Assembly: GCF_035594765.1 (NCBI RefSeq)
Contig: NC_085843.1
Location: forward strand, 95,209,971 to 95,273,970
Reading direction: 5' to 3'
Length of the DNA: 64,000 nt
DNA from: Anolis carolinensis
Taxonomy: Eukaryota
Position numbers and translations under genes: made by a program. The stretch's first letter is position 1; every line of letters starts with the position of its first letter. Below are positions 35,484-49,025 of the stretch, piece by piece. The notes under the pieces are model-generated. The model searched no databases. It was not told the DNA's origin and worked only from the letters and a program-made list of their open reading frames with translations.

Positions 35484-38400
35484 AAGAAGAAGAACCAAAA
35501 AGCTGTTTATATGTGGAATAGGACAAAGGGGTAGGAAAGGGGGGCGGGAAACAGATTTAAACCCACTGAAGAAATTATCCTGTGTAATACACCTCATATT
35601 AATAAAGAGAAGAAAAGAGTGTACAGGGAATGCATCTACCAAGTTAATTAGGAATGCCAATAACTGTGGTTTTGTTTTTTGTTTTTTGACATGCCCTTAC
35701 TGTGTGTTCTGAGAGGGAAGAAAGTAGAAGTTCTTCCATTTCATGTGCTTTAATTCCATTTAATATATTCATTCTGTGTGAGTGAAGACAACACATGCTT
35801 CAGGAAACACTGGAATATACTGTATTTGCAAGGTGGGTCAAGAGCATATATATTGTATTGTGCGTTTTAACTTTTTAAACTGTGTCAGGAAAAAAATCAG
35901 CAGTCTTACTAGAATAGCCTGACTTCACATGTAGAAGTGAAAGAGGCCTTTTAATTTGTTCCTGTACATTGCCCACTCTTTCAATCTTTTTCTTTTGGTT
36001 TATATGCCTCCGTATGAAGTTTGACACTCCTCACTTTGGCTCTCGTGACAATTCAAACATTTTCAATTTTTTGCATGATGTTCCCCTTCGTTTTGTGGAG
36101 TTCCAGTAAGTCTGCTGAAAAATATACATTTCTTAAAAATAACACTGAACGTTTTCTACTAAAATAAATTCTAGGCTGCCTTTTGTCTGCATTGTGGTTT
36201 GTGAATAAAATATACCTACGAACACATACAGGAATACAGTATTAGGAACAAGATGCAATGCATATTTTATGTGCAGTTCTAAAAGTCTATTTTTACCTAA
36301 TACATGGATATCAGTCATATCTGTTGAATTTTAGCTGTAATAGCACCCATTCATATATTTAAACTCGTTGGGTGATTGGAGGCCTCATTCTATCAATATA
36401 AACTTTTATACTTGATATATATATATATATACTGATTGATTCAGTAACACTTGAAATCCTTTTAAAGCTAATTATATGATGTTGAGGCTGCACTTTTTCA
36501 TCTTTTTGAAAACAAGCCAGAGATCCCAACTCATTTGGTCTTTTCTTCTTGAAGTACGTATCCAAGATGTGTATAATGATCCCTAACTTTTCTGCGTGAA
36601 GGGTGGCTGCGCTCTCCCTTAGACATTATAGTTATAAAAATTAAAATGAAATAGTTCTTTGCACTGATTGAGATCTTTTAAAAAACTGTTGATTTGAGAA
36701 AACATATTTTATTTTCAACTTAATTTGAAACATAACTGCTGACTTCACAGTTCTTTTAGGGATGCCTGGGGTGTCTGAGCAACTGCCTGTTATAAGCACT
36801 TTTTAAGATTACAGATATATCTGTAAATTAGTGGATTATATCACTAAAAATATATCTAGTACTGAGCTGAAATCCTGTCATTTCAGTAGCTGTCACGTGT
36901 AAAAATGTTTTTCAAAACTTGCTTTGGTGATTTCAGGGTTACTTATACTGTGCAAACTGTTGCGAAGGCATAATGGTAGCTCACCCAAACCATTGAGGCA
37001 GAAACACTACAATTTCGTTACAGCATTTCCGAGTTGGAAATCACTATATGTATTGGAGTCCAAAAGTATGCATGTTAGAAGTTCTCAAAACCCCTACTGT
37101 ATTAAATAGAAAAAAACATTTGACTAAAGACAATAAATGAGCAACTGAAATGTTATAATTCTGTCCATTACAGAGGATTATTATAGAGATAATCTATATT
37201 TCTATTGACTAAGGTGCTAGAATATTTTAAATAATTACTTGATCTAACTTTCTCATTGCCTTCCAATAGCAAGCCAGTTTATTGACACTTGTCAACCAAT
37301 AGTTGTGTGTTCAGAAATATGAAATTACATGTCCTAAGCAGAAGCAACTACTGTACGACGTTTATGGCACAGACCAAATATGCATGTACTGTTCCTAAAA
37401 TGATATTATTCTATAACCAGCGTATATAAAATGATGTTTTCATCTGTTTTGGATTAACTATCTTTTATTGAGAAATGGGCAAAAATATAAAGTAGGCAAC
37501 CTGTATCTTCAAATGAAATTGAATTCAAACAAAAATGACACGGGATTGAGAAAGTTCTACTCACACTTTTTCTGCCTATCACACTATGCTAATGTTACAA
37601 GCTCAAGGATTTTTTAAAAAGGGTTAGAGGGCATTCATTTACTCAGCCTGTTGTCCAAAGCAGCACAGTTGAGCAACAACTAGCTTGTGCTGTACATTTG
37701 AACTCTAAAAAAACACCCTCCATTAATTCTATTGCATTGTTTAACTTTTATCACAACAGCACCATATAAGTAACATATTTCCTCATTATTTTTGACACTT
37801 TGAAGGAGCTTTGCATAGCACAACTCATTCGAACCCAAAATATATAACCTACATACCAGTTCATGATGTAGAAAGCCACTGCTGTTTCAGAATTTTAATT
37901 TCTCATATTTAGAGTTCAGTAATACTTAAGAATCAGAAGACACTACGAGGTTCTTGATAACCTCCTGTGTGCAACTGCAGACCTATTTATTAAAATCATT
38001 ACATTGGTCAGTGAGGGGGGAAAACCCAACTGAGCAATATTAAGGCCAACTGAAATGTCTCAAGTGTTCAACATGTCAGGTTCTCCAAAGGTCTTCATCA
38101 GGAACTTGAAAGCTTGGACCCTCTTTCTCAGATTAATGTGTGTGCGTGCGTGGGGACAATTTTGAGTAAATAAAACTAAAATGTCTTTGTATTTATTTCC
38201 AATATTTCTATCCCGCCCTTCTCACTCCTTCTGATTCTATATTGCATCATTGTATTTTGTGCAGATATAATGGTGGCTCTCTGTACACTGATTTTCTGAA
38301 TTCTAAATTGTTTTTAAATGACAAACATGTAAATCATTGAAATTGTCACTTACACCTCCTCCCTTTGCCTACAGCTCCCCTCCAGTCACCCTGCCCACAT

Positions 38401-39263
38401 ACCACACTGATGATTTAACTGTTATGAAAGTCCATTTGTATCTATACCCATATAAAGAGAGGCGAGGCAATCATGTAAAAGAGAAAAGGGGAATGATAAA
38501 ATAGAGCTAGACAAAAAGGGTGATACTTGTGTAACATTGCTTAAAATGTCAATTCAGTGGTTGAACAGCTAGAAGAAGATGGACCAGAGATTTAGATACT
38601 TTTTGCCCATGTCCCTTTGATGGAATGTGCTTTACCTTTTTGTGACAGTCTCAGTGGTATTTACTCTTCTGTGTGCAGGATAGTCAGGGAATTTCAGTTT
38701 TACAAGATACTGCTTTTGGCCACTTAAGACATTACTGGTTCCCAAGTTAATTTTAAGACTAGTTCAAACAATTCTTCACTGGCTGCTTAAAATTTTGTTC
38801 ACCTTGCCACAGAGAAACATAATTTATTTGTTAATGGTCTATAATGACATGGTAAAATTTCAGACAGGGTGCCATAGAAATATAATGTGGCTTAAAGGAA
38901 CAAGACTGATTTTAAATGTCTTTAAAAGCCTGTTTGGCATATAACATAGATCTTGGGTTTAGCACTATATGCACAAGTAGGAGCAAAGTTTAGACATTTT
39001 ACAAGTTCTGGTTTTATGGACTACTTTCAGTATTACAAAAGCATGATCAGAAATGAAGTATTTGGTGTAGACATAAAACACATTTTCACCAGTTATGTGG
39101 AACTTCAGTGATTGTACCTGACTCCTGTGCTCCATTCCACCATAATAGTTGAAGACTGGCTGCCTACTGGCAACCTACATGTTTATATGCAAACAAACCC
39201 AGTGTGTTCACTGTAGCTTAACTTCAAACTATGCTGCATGGGACCATGAGCAATTTCATATCT

Positions 39264-39530
39264 TTTTTTTTCATGTCAGGAGCAACCAGAGTTGCTTCTG
39301 AAGTGAGAGAATTGGCCGTCTGCAAGGATGTTGCCCAGGGGACGCCCGGATGTTTTGATGTTTTACCATCCTTGTGGGAGGCTTCTCTCATGTCCCCGCA
39401 TGGAGCTGGAGCTGATAGAGGGAGCTCACCTGCGCTCTCCCCGGGTGGGATTCGAACCTGGCAGCTTTCAGGTCAGCAACCCAACCTTCAAGTCACAAGG
39501 CTTTTATCCCTTAGGCCACCAGAGGCTCCG
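39264..39530 (-). mobile_element. tRNA-derived poly(A) SINE
   Basis: Perfect 11-bp TSD atttcatatct (39253-39263, 39531-39541). Confidence 0.9.
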
Positions 39531-42500
39531 ATTTCATATCTGCCCAAATATTTCTTTTACTTGTTAACATGGTGGCTATCATTGATATACAACGTATTTC
39601 CTATTGTTCAAATTACCATGTTACTGGTTTAAACATTCTTTATATTGCCTAAGTAGGCCTGTTCTTAATGGAGAAGTGTGTGGAGGAGTGGTATGGAAGA
39701 ACCTGTTCTACTTCAAGGTAGTCATTTTTCTGCACTGCTGTCAGTATCTTCTATCACCTACTTAGGGTGTATCTATACTGTAGAATTAATGCAGTTCAAC
39801 ATTACATTAACTGCCATGGCTCAATGCTATGGAATCATGGGAGTTCTAGTTTTAGAAGGTCTTTTGTCTTCTATGCCAGAGTGCTGGTCCCTCACCAAAG
39901 TACAAATTTCTGAATGCTATTACATTGGACCATGGCAATTAAAGTGTCAAACGGCATTAAATCTACATTTTATATGCATCTTCAGTCAAATATATTTAGC
40001 TAACCTCTTCTGGTCTGACCCTCCTCTAACCAGGTAGGAATGTCATTCATCTGTGCTCCTATTAGCAGCAAATGAGCATCCTTCTCATGCGGGTAATGCC
40101 TTGCACTGTAGATGTGGGTCAGTATGTTTATAATTGTGCCAATAGTGTCACAACCATGACTAAGTAGCAGTCATGACTACGGAACAGTTACCTAGGTGTA
40201 CTCATCTGTAATTGTTATGTATTCACAACCACTACTTAGCCATAACTGTGACACTTGCCATGGTTGTAAACTCCATGGCACCTACAGTGCCAACCATTAT
40301 TTGCATTAGCAGAAGGCCCAATCTGCCAGGGATCAGAGCATGGATGAAATTTCTATCAGTTTGAATGATTGGGCCAGGGGAGTTTACTCAACTAAAAAGC
40401 TAACACTGAATACTGGCATATATTATTAAGAAGCACTAGAATTTGTCAGATGTGCATTCATAGTTTTAGTGGTTAAGGACATGGTGTGGTTGCTGTTTCC
40501 AAGTTTAATTTTTGGCATCTGGAAACGTTAAAAACCTAAAGAGCTGCTGCAGTCAGTAGGAGCAGTACTGAGGTAGCTAACAATGAGTTCAGTGGTTTAC
40601 ATTTGAATTGTGATGACAGCTGGGATTCTTAAGTAGTGCCAAAACAAATAGTCAAACTACAAGCTTCAATATGGACAGCAACCACAATCCAGATTTTAAT
40701 AGCTGTTTAATCTGCACTGTATTGTAAGACCACTACTTCACTCATGATGGCTATATATAGAGTTTAGTAGTTATGGAGGAACATGTTTTACCTTGATAGA
40801 AAGCTTTGGTTTTCTAGCTAGAAAATGCTGCTGCTCATGTTCCACTTAAGGTCTAAGGCTCTCTGAAGAACTTGGTGTCTTGGATCTAGAAATATTTCTA
40901 TATTCTGTATACTAACACAAAAGCTGAAACTTGATTTTTAGTGGTAGGAGTGCAAAGGTTTTCCAGTTATCTCTGTAGTCTAAAAAACCTTTAAAAGTTC
41001 AGCTTCTCACATCAATGCAGCTTGATTCTATATTTTCCCCAGACCAGAGGTACAAAAAGTGCAGCCAGTCTAAGATCCCCTCCTTCCCAGCTCTGGAAAA
41101 TGAGAAAAATAGATTTTTTAATGGAAAATCAAAACTGCAAGAATGTTGCATCACTTGCTGTGCTGGGAGTGGCTTATCCCTGCCTTAGACAAGCTTTACA
41201 TTATAAAAGCTTGCAAACACCTACACATCAAATAAAAATATAGCTATGTTCATTATTAGTGTTAAGCCAGTTTAATCACTGCTAGAAAAATACTGATTCA
41301 AAACTTAATATTACAGAGTCCTGCCACTGCTAGTTATTAAATGAAAAAAATACTATTTTCTTAATAGTTTTTCTTTCCAGGAATTGCTCCTGTTCATTCT
41401 GCACAGAGCAACAGTTGGTTCAACAAGATTGCTCATGTGTGGGATAATTTGACAGCCAATATACAAGTGAATAAAGTAATTGGATGTTTAAAATGTCAGA
41501 CTGGGAAAAATCCTGTTTTGTTATGTTGTGTCTTATCAGCTTTTTGTTCAGGTTGTATAGAAAAGAGTCGAAGAAGAAAAATAATTGTGACTGGAATAAT
41601 ATTCTTTGCTGGGTTTCTTCAACTGTCAATCTTAGAAACCACTGAAAGTCTGGAAGAAATATTAGTAAAAATATTACTGGGAACAGCAGTGACAGAAAGA
41701 GTTAAATCTGTATAATCCAGTGTTGCTTTGCAGTGAGGATGTGGTGGCAAATATTTCATACATGATGTTATTGACAGCTTAATTTGAAGAAAAAATTGAT
41801 ATGTGCTGTAGCAATTCAAGTATTTTGTTTAAATAATAATATCTTTATTATTGTATCCCGCCACCATCTCCCCAAAGGGACTCGTGGCAGCTTACGCATG
41901 ACACAAGATGCCTAAAAACAACATAAAATGAAACACAATTTAAAATACAATTAAATAAAACAGAAATATAAAACAACTAAAATTCAATTAAAACAGCACT
42001 CATCAACCAAACACAGACTCCAAAGTGCACTACCAGGAGACTTTTCTAGTAACTTCCGGAGCTGCTATAAAACTCTTTAAAAAAAAAAACTTTCTAGATA
42101 TAGTTTTCCTTTCCACTGGTTTGCAGACTTTAATTTTGTTCATGCTGTGAATGCATTATGTTCAGACATGTTTTATGAATTCTATTGTTTTTAAAAGAAA
42201 GGATGTAAAATTGTATATAAAGTAAAATGTAAATAAAATATTTTTAATCTTTATGTTCATCTTCTTGTTCTTTAGAGTGTTTTGCTCTCTATATGCCTTA
42301 AGCTCCAAAACCCTGCCCTCTCTGAGGTCATGGAGATTGATGTTTGAAATAATACTGTGAAATGACTTCACTGAAATTCTAACATACATTATTTCCCCAC
42401 TTCTATTTTGTTAAAATAAACAAAAATAAAATACTGTGATATCTTATTGACATTTTACAGAAATTTGTTTGAATATGTTTAGTTCATCCATTGCGAAATA

Positions 42501-43237
42501 ATTGTACTTTTTCTGCTGTTATTCTGAGACTAGAGATTTGTAGCTTATCTAATCACTTTGAAATTAGTACATGAGTGAAGCAAAATACTTTTTTATTACT
42601 TTAAAATAAAAACCCCAACTCTTGAATGTTTTCTGTATACTGTAGGTAGATATTGGCGCACTAAGTTCAGCAGCTAAATTTTTCTGCATCAAATTATATT
42701 TCCGTGTCTTTATTTTTCACAGCAATAATAGTCAAAGGGAGTATTACTTTCTCCTAATATTTACTGACTTTATCTTATCCATAACCTGACTAAAAACATT
42801 GTGGTCTTATCATTTTCAAAATGTTGAATAACTCTGATTTTATAGCTTCTGCTTTTATTTCTCTTTATATTTACTAACTTAATTATTTTGTTCACAATAA
42901 TCACCTTCATTATTTTCAAAGGGATGTCAGGTTGCTTCAGCAAAAGCAGTTGAGTGCTGTGGCACTTAAACAACTTTATTATAGCATGAACTATTGTCTA
43001 TGTAGTCCACCTGCATGCATTTGACAAAGACAACTATAACAAATTGGTTATTGTACAAAATGACAGAACACTTTGCAGTTTCTGGTGGTTTATTATGAAT
43101 TTCTTAAATTCAGAGAGAAAATGTTCATATTATGTTCATGGTCTGCCAAGGCTCTGTTTGCACAGCACTACAGCCAAATCCTAGCTATGGAGAACAACTT
43201 TATCTGCTTTTTAAAAAGCATACAGATTTCTCGTGAG

Positions 43238-43396
43238 TTAGCCTTCTTCAATATCTTCACTCCGTAGTGATCTGGCCCAGTCATAGAGTCTCACTGCCTC
43301 TTGCTCCCAGTCTTCATCTGAAAATAGGCTTTCGTTATCAGTCGGTGAATGAAAACTTCTTAAATGATAACTTGAAGTTGGGTGATTTAACTCCTC
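43238..43396 (-). CDS. CXorf58: CXorf58 orthologue exon 8, terminal (EELNHP...DEDWEQEAVRLYDWARSLRSEDIEEG*)
   Basis: cag acceptor, phase 0 continuing exon 7, TAA stop; AATAAA (minus) at 43094-43089. Confidence 0.75.
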   Translation of the reverse strand, partial: EELNHPTSSYHLRSFHSPTDNESLFSDEDWEQEAVRLYDWARSLRSEDIEEG

Positions 43397-44036
43397 CTGA
43401 GTAACAAAAGGATATATTACTTAAAGAAGGAATTAGTTTTGTAATTGTTAATATAATATCTCCCAATTAAAATCCTTGTTTTTGCCACTGATAAGGGTAT
43501 GTCAGTGCAAAGTCAGCAGTCTAAAATGAAAATACAATTGCACTGGTTTAATTAAACCATTTTTCAAGTTGTGGATACTATTCTGTCATCCCCATTCCCT
43601 AAAAACCAATCTTTTATTTTGTGAATGCATGATCTGATAGATACGTCTTTGACTTCAAATGCTAGTTCTGCCATGACCCTCAGAACCTCTATCCCTCCCA
43701 TAAGGCTATATAAGACTGTACAACTGGTCTATTATCTCCCAGCCGCCCTAAGTGGATACCATTATCTGTTGTCTCAGACATCTACTCAAAAAATAATTTG
43801 CAAAATTAGAAATACAAATTTTAAAAAGTAGCTGAGTATAGTAGCCATTGATCCCTTCACTTTTCTGATGTGCCTTTATGTAGAACAAAATGCTGCCACT
43901 GTTAAAATGTCTGAAAGGTCTCAGAATATCCTAACAACAAAATATACATTTTCAAGGAAGAAAACACACTGGTAGCATCCTAACTGGTGAGATGGATGAG
44001 TACTTAGAACATTTATCCTTCTTTGCACACACTCAC

Positions 44037-44178
44037 CTCCCCTTTCTTGGTCTTGTAGACCTTCCTCATTTTTGAAACCTTCTGCCGAGCCTGAAATGAG
44101 CGACGTTCAGAAATTCTGCGGAGTGATGTGCGGTCTCTTTTTGAAAGACAAGCAGTTGTGGGACACGGCGTGGGGGAT
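44037..44178 (-). CDS. CXorf58: CXorf58 orthologue exon 7 (…RRSFQARQKVSKMRKVYKTKKGE)
   Basis: tag/gtgagt sites, 142 nt; resembles recalled human RRSKQAQMKVEKMRKVY. Confidence 0.85.
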
Positions 44179-44534
44179 CTAGAAAAGCATTTATGTTTTG
44201 TTTCTTAAATTTGAATAACATTCAACAATCTTCACATGGAAATGGGGGCATCACTGCTTTAATTTCTGCTTTATCACTGCATCTTCAGTCTTAATGTTAG
44301 GATAAATACACTGAAAGAGAATATTAATCCTAATGGTTCAAGACAAGTCTTGCAAAGGCAGGCCAACATTATTATTAGACAAAATACTGTGCTATCTCTA
44401 TTAAATGAACACATTTTTCACTACATTGTTGCAACATGAGAATCGGTGAAAGCAAAGCACTGTGAAAGCACACTTCTGTCACATCATGAACATACTCAAG
44501 TCACTGCAAATATCTACCAACATAGATGCAGCAC

Positions 44535-45300
44535 ATTTATTTATTTATTTACAACATTTTTACCCCGCCTTTCTCACCTGTAGGGACTCAAGGCGGTTTT
44601 ACATGGTTGGCAAAATTCAGTGCCCAAAAAATGAATTCAATAAAATCAAACAACACAATTACATCAATTTAATACTTAATTAAAAACATTATAAAAAGTT
44701 TAAAACACATAAATAATTCAGTCCATTCATCCAAATACCTCGTACATAAACCTTAGTTCGGGCCATGTTAGAACATAATACTTATTCGTTGAATTCTTAC
44801 GCACAGAGCCACGTCTTTACATTTTTCCTAAAGCTCAAGAGGGTCGGGGCCTGCCAAATGTTACTAGGAAGGGTGTTCCACAGCCGAGGGGCCACCACCG
44901 AGAAGGCCCTGTCCCTCGTCCCCACCAGCCGCACCTGTGAAGCAGGTGGGACCGAGAGCAGGGCCTCCCCAGGCGATCTCAGGGTTCTTGATGGCTTATA
45001 GGGGGAGATCCGTTCGGACAGGTAAGTTGGACCAGAACCGTTTAGGGCTTTATAGGTCAGAACCAGTACTTTGAATTGAGCTTGGTAGCATATTGGCAAC
45101 CAGTGGAGCTGGCATAACAAATGAGTAGTATGCTCCCTGTACGCTGCCCCAGTTATTGGTCTGGCTGCCGCCCGTTGTACTAATTGGAGCTTCTGGGCCA
45201 TCTTCAAAGGCAACCACACGTAGAGCACATTGCAGTAATCCAAACAAGATGCAACCAGAGTGTGGACCACCATGGCCAAGTCAAACTTCCCAAGGTACGT
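44535..45300 (-). mobile_element. L2 3' fragment, closely related to 23111-27360
   Basis: LHWLPICYQAQFKVLVLTYKALNG peptide; TAAA tail. Confidence 0.9.
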
Positions 45301-46537
45301 GCACATGTGATCTCCCAGATGATTTTGGACAGCAAGTCCCATCAGCCCTGGCTAGTACAGCTATGATGGGAGTTCCAGTCTAACAACAACTGGAGGACAC
45401 ATGTTTCTATATTTCTGCCTTACAGCAATGAAACAATGATGCTTAGCATTCCATAAAAGAATAGCTGCTAGACACAGTATGAAATTGTCTGGATCATAAT
45501 AATATATTAATAATAATAATGAATAGACAAGGCTCAAGTAATGTATACATAGATGCACAAAAGCTGAAACCCCTTTTTATAAACTGCACACTTTGAATAG
45601 CCAGGTATTCTTTTAGTCCAGCTTGTAAAAATTGTAAAATAAATCCAGCAAAATATTTAACAGATAGCCACAGAATTTGACTGTGGCACCGATACAGAAT
45701 GAGTATAGGTGCCACAGTCTAATTCTGTGACCCTCTGTTAAATGTTTTTCTGGTTTCATCAGTCCTTATTCCAGAAAATCCTTTCCATGTTGTTTTCCAA
45801 TATGCTTTGTAATAACTTGTAAGGATTTCCGTCTGTTTTTGGTTTCATGCAAATAACACCATTTAGAGACACACAATAGCTTTGCAAATAATTTCTTTCT
45901 CTCTTGTATGCACTTCTATTTGAATAACAATAGGAAGAAAAAGATATTTTGGTAGAAGAAAAAATGGTGCAGAACAGCACTGAAAGGGCCCCTCTCTTAA
46001 TCCATCTCTTAATCTAAATAAAAAAGAACACAGAAAAGATGCGGAATGCTTAAAATCATGTTAATGTGTCAGCTAACAGATCTAAAAATTACCCAAGTTG
46101 TTGCGGGCATGTGGTTTGCAATTTTAGATTCTCTTTCAAAGTAAGACTTAATGTATTAGTCCTTGGTAGGTGCTGCAAATTACAACTATGATTTGGGGAG
46201 ATAAAAAATATGGTATGGGGCAACTGTAATGGAGAAATGTTACTATCTCACTTAGGATTTGCTGAGTGGAAGAAAAAAGGTATTGGAACCTAGGTCTTTC
46301 TGTGTTCTGCATACATCAGGCACACTTTTCTATTCGCGGCTTTTCTAATGTCAGGAATTGGAAAATGATCTGAATTGATGTTACTGCAGTTCCGGGTCCG
46401 GTATTTCTTCATCTATTATAAGGATCTGTAATAGAGCTCTCACTACAATATTTTGTTCTTCTCCACACATTCCAGTTCTCATCCAGCATGGAAAGATGGG
46501 TCATTGGTATTTTGACAATAGTAGGATTAGGCTAACG

Positions 46538-46754
46538 CAGGCATGGACAAACTTTGGCTCTCCAGGTGTTTTGGACTTTAACTCCCACAATTCCTACAAG
46601 CCTACCAGCTTTTCTATTAGCGGCTTTTCTAATGTCAGGAATTGGAAAATGATCTGAGTTGATGTTACTGCAGTTCCGGGTCCGGTATTTATAAATTAGG
46701 AATTATAAAGTTGAAGTCCAAAACACCTGGAGGGCCAAAGTTTGCTCATGCCTG
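46538..46754. mobile_element. hAT MITE containing an 82-bp copy of flanking DNA
   Basis: caggcatgg...catgcctg termini; TSD ggctaacg/ggctaatg. Confidence 0.88.
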
Positions 46755-47605
46755 GGCTAATGTTTCTTAATAAAGATAATTATGCCTCCCATTGCCTTTA
46801 AGTACTCGGTCTAAAACCAACAGGGACTTTCCTATGTGAGAGAGTTGTAACCTTTTTCCTAACCTACAGAATAGCCAACAGATGAAGGCACTTTATGGCC
46901 ATGAGTGCTTAAGTGTTCAGTGTACCCATTAATTGTGTGGAAAGGATGTGTTAAGATCTACTTTGCAGCCCACTATTGCTCCCACTTTTGGCTTACTTGG
47001 ATGGGGTGCAAACACAAGTATTGTTGAGATGTCTAATGTCTGGATTCTTCAAAGAGAGTACTTATACAAACCCTCTGAGAAAAATGATCCAACTTTTTAC
47101 GGTAACTTTTGCTATGGGGTTTTGTTTGCACTATGGAACATTTTGCAATACCTGGGCCCTTATGCAAAATGTTTAATTACTGAGGTCCCCTTTACAACAA
47201 TAAGGGATATTACTTTACTCTACTCACATGGTATCCCACTAGATATTTGAGATATGCTTCCTTCCTGAAACTAATTTAGTTTTGATAATATGCCATTTTT
47301 GGCTGCAGAATTAATTCCCTGTTGTAGCTTTGAGAATGAGTCATCAGTGTTCTCCACTGATTTCATACAGATGCTTTAACTTAATGGCATCTTTTTATTG
47401 GTGTGACAATGTACTGTATCAAGAGATAAGAATGAGTTGGGAATGATGTGATGCACTTTCTCAATTCTACTCTCCCACACTTTGTTTTATCTGTCTGTTA
47501 CTTTGGTTACATGCTGCTGTAGTATTCTCCTGGTAATAGTTTTTGTGAGTTCTTATTCTGGTGCAAATTCATGGTCAGTGTATATTTGGTTAGTACACAT
47601 GAACC

Positions 47606-47770
47606 GTGGCCTAAAATTCCTAAAGGCACCAGATCCCATCTATCTTGGAAGCTAAGCAGAGTCAGTCCTGATTAGGACTTGAATGGGAAACTGCCAGTGA
47701 ATATACGTAGATGCTGTAGGCTATATTTCAGAGGAAGGAATGGGTAAAATAACTCATAGGGTCACCAAAC
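47606..47770 (+). mobile_element. 5S-rRNA-derived SINE (SINE3 type), decayed
   Basis: Resembles 5S rRNA (ccagatcccatct..cttggaagctaagcag..gtc..cctgattaggacttgaatggga..gctgtaggct) followed by a non-5S tail. Confidence 0.7.
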
Positions 47771-48131
47771 TCACTCTAACCAACTGGGAAAGGGATCAGA
47801 CAAGACAGAAAATTAGTTTCCTGGAAATGGAAAATAAAGCATACAAATGACAGTGGGTTTAAAATCCATGGCATATTACATAAAAACATAAATAAGTATA
47901 CCATACACCACTGACCGCTCCAAAATTGGGATTACTGTACTTTGCAGATGAAGTAAGAATGGCTCCATTTGATCCAGGCTGATGTTAACTGGCCTATTCA
48001 AAAGCAGCACCTACTTGGCCACAAAAATATGGAAACTAATTTTACAGGCTTCCTTTTTATGTTAAAAATATTTTAAAATGCATGAGTAGAAAAATAGATA
48101 TTGCAAAGCAAAGATAACCACTGATATTTAC

Positions 48132-48361
48132 CTGATTTGACAAACGGCCAGGAACTGAGTACGAGACACTTCTTCATTCTGTGGCCTCAACAGCAGAAAA
48201 GGCAGCTCTCGCCTTAGTCTTTCAGACAGCTTCCCAGACTGTGCATAGTCCATGATGTCATACATGATCATTGTCCTAGGAAAATGTTCTAATGATAGTT
48301 TTCTCCAATAGTTATGCCTACCCCCAAAGTTTGCAGGGGTCTCATCCAGGCGGCTGATATA
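48132..48361 (-). CDS. CXorf58: CXorf58 orthologue exon 6 (YISRLDETPANFGGRHNYWRKLSLEHFPRTMIMYDI…)
   Basis: 230 nt open frame, tag/gtaaat sites; matches recalled human DEAPAFSGGRNNSWRKLNLENIPRTMLMYDI. Confidence 0.92.
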
Positions 48362-48893
48362 CTAGAGAGTCATAGGAGAAAAACGTTTATGAGAATTTAT
48401 ACAGAAATCCTTAACTGATTTTGGTGTAAACATTCACTTTAATCAGCTATTGTTAATTACACAAAGTGAGAATTCTGTATCCATTTACTGATGAGTAAAC
48501 CCCTTCAGTAGAGTGAAAATTAATGTATAGTAAATATGAATAGGACTGCACTGTAAATGCTTACTTCTTCAATAATCTTTTTTCTAGGATATGTTATTTG
48601 AGTTTATGCATTTAACTGAATCCTGAAAACATTATTTTCAGAACAGTGTAATTGCTGAAATCCAGCTCTTTTGCACTATGAGTTTAATCTGGTTCATCTT
48701 CCTCTAACCCTTCCTTGATCTGAGATTGAGAACAGCTCTCAGATTCATCCATTCGCTCCATCTCTCCTTGTCGTCTGTATGTCTTCATAATTTATGTTGT
48801 TATTTATCTTTTTAGAAAATAAAATGGAACTGACCTGCTTTTTTCATTACCTGATTCCCCAAAAGATGTGGAAACTATATAAGTGATGCTTAC

Positions 48894-49025
48894 TTGAACA
48901 TGGTCTCTTATTGTAGCAATATCAATCTCATCTATTATTCCATATTTCTTGTACTGCAGCTCATCCCACACCATCTGATTGTAATACTTCCGATATCCCA
49001 TTAACTTGCAAGCATCAACAGCTGC
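48894..49025 (-). CDS. CXorf58: CXorf58 orthologue exon 5 (AAVDACKLMGYRKYYNQMVWDE…DHVQ)
   Basis: 132 nt, tag/gtaagc sites; DACKLMG motif. Confidence 0.92.

Noticed and set aside
47606-47725. 5S rRNA gene
   Set aside because: Too diverged, no T-run terminator, followed by a SINE-like tail
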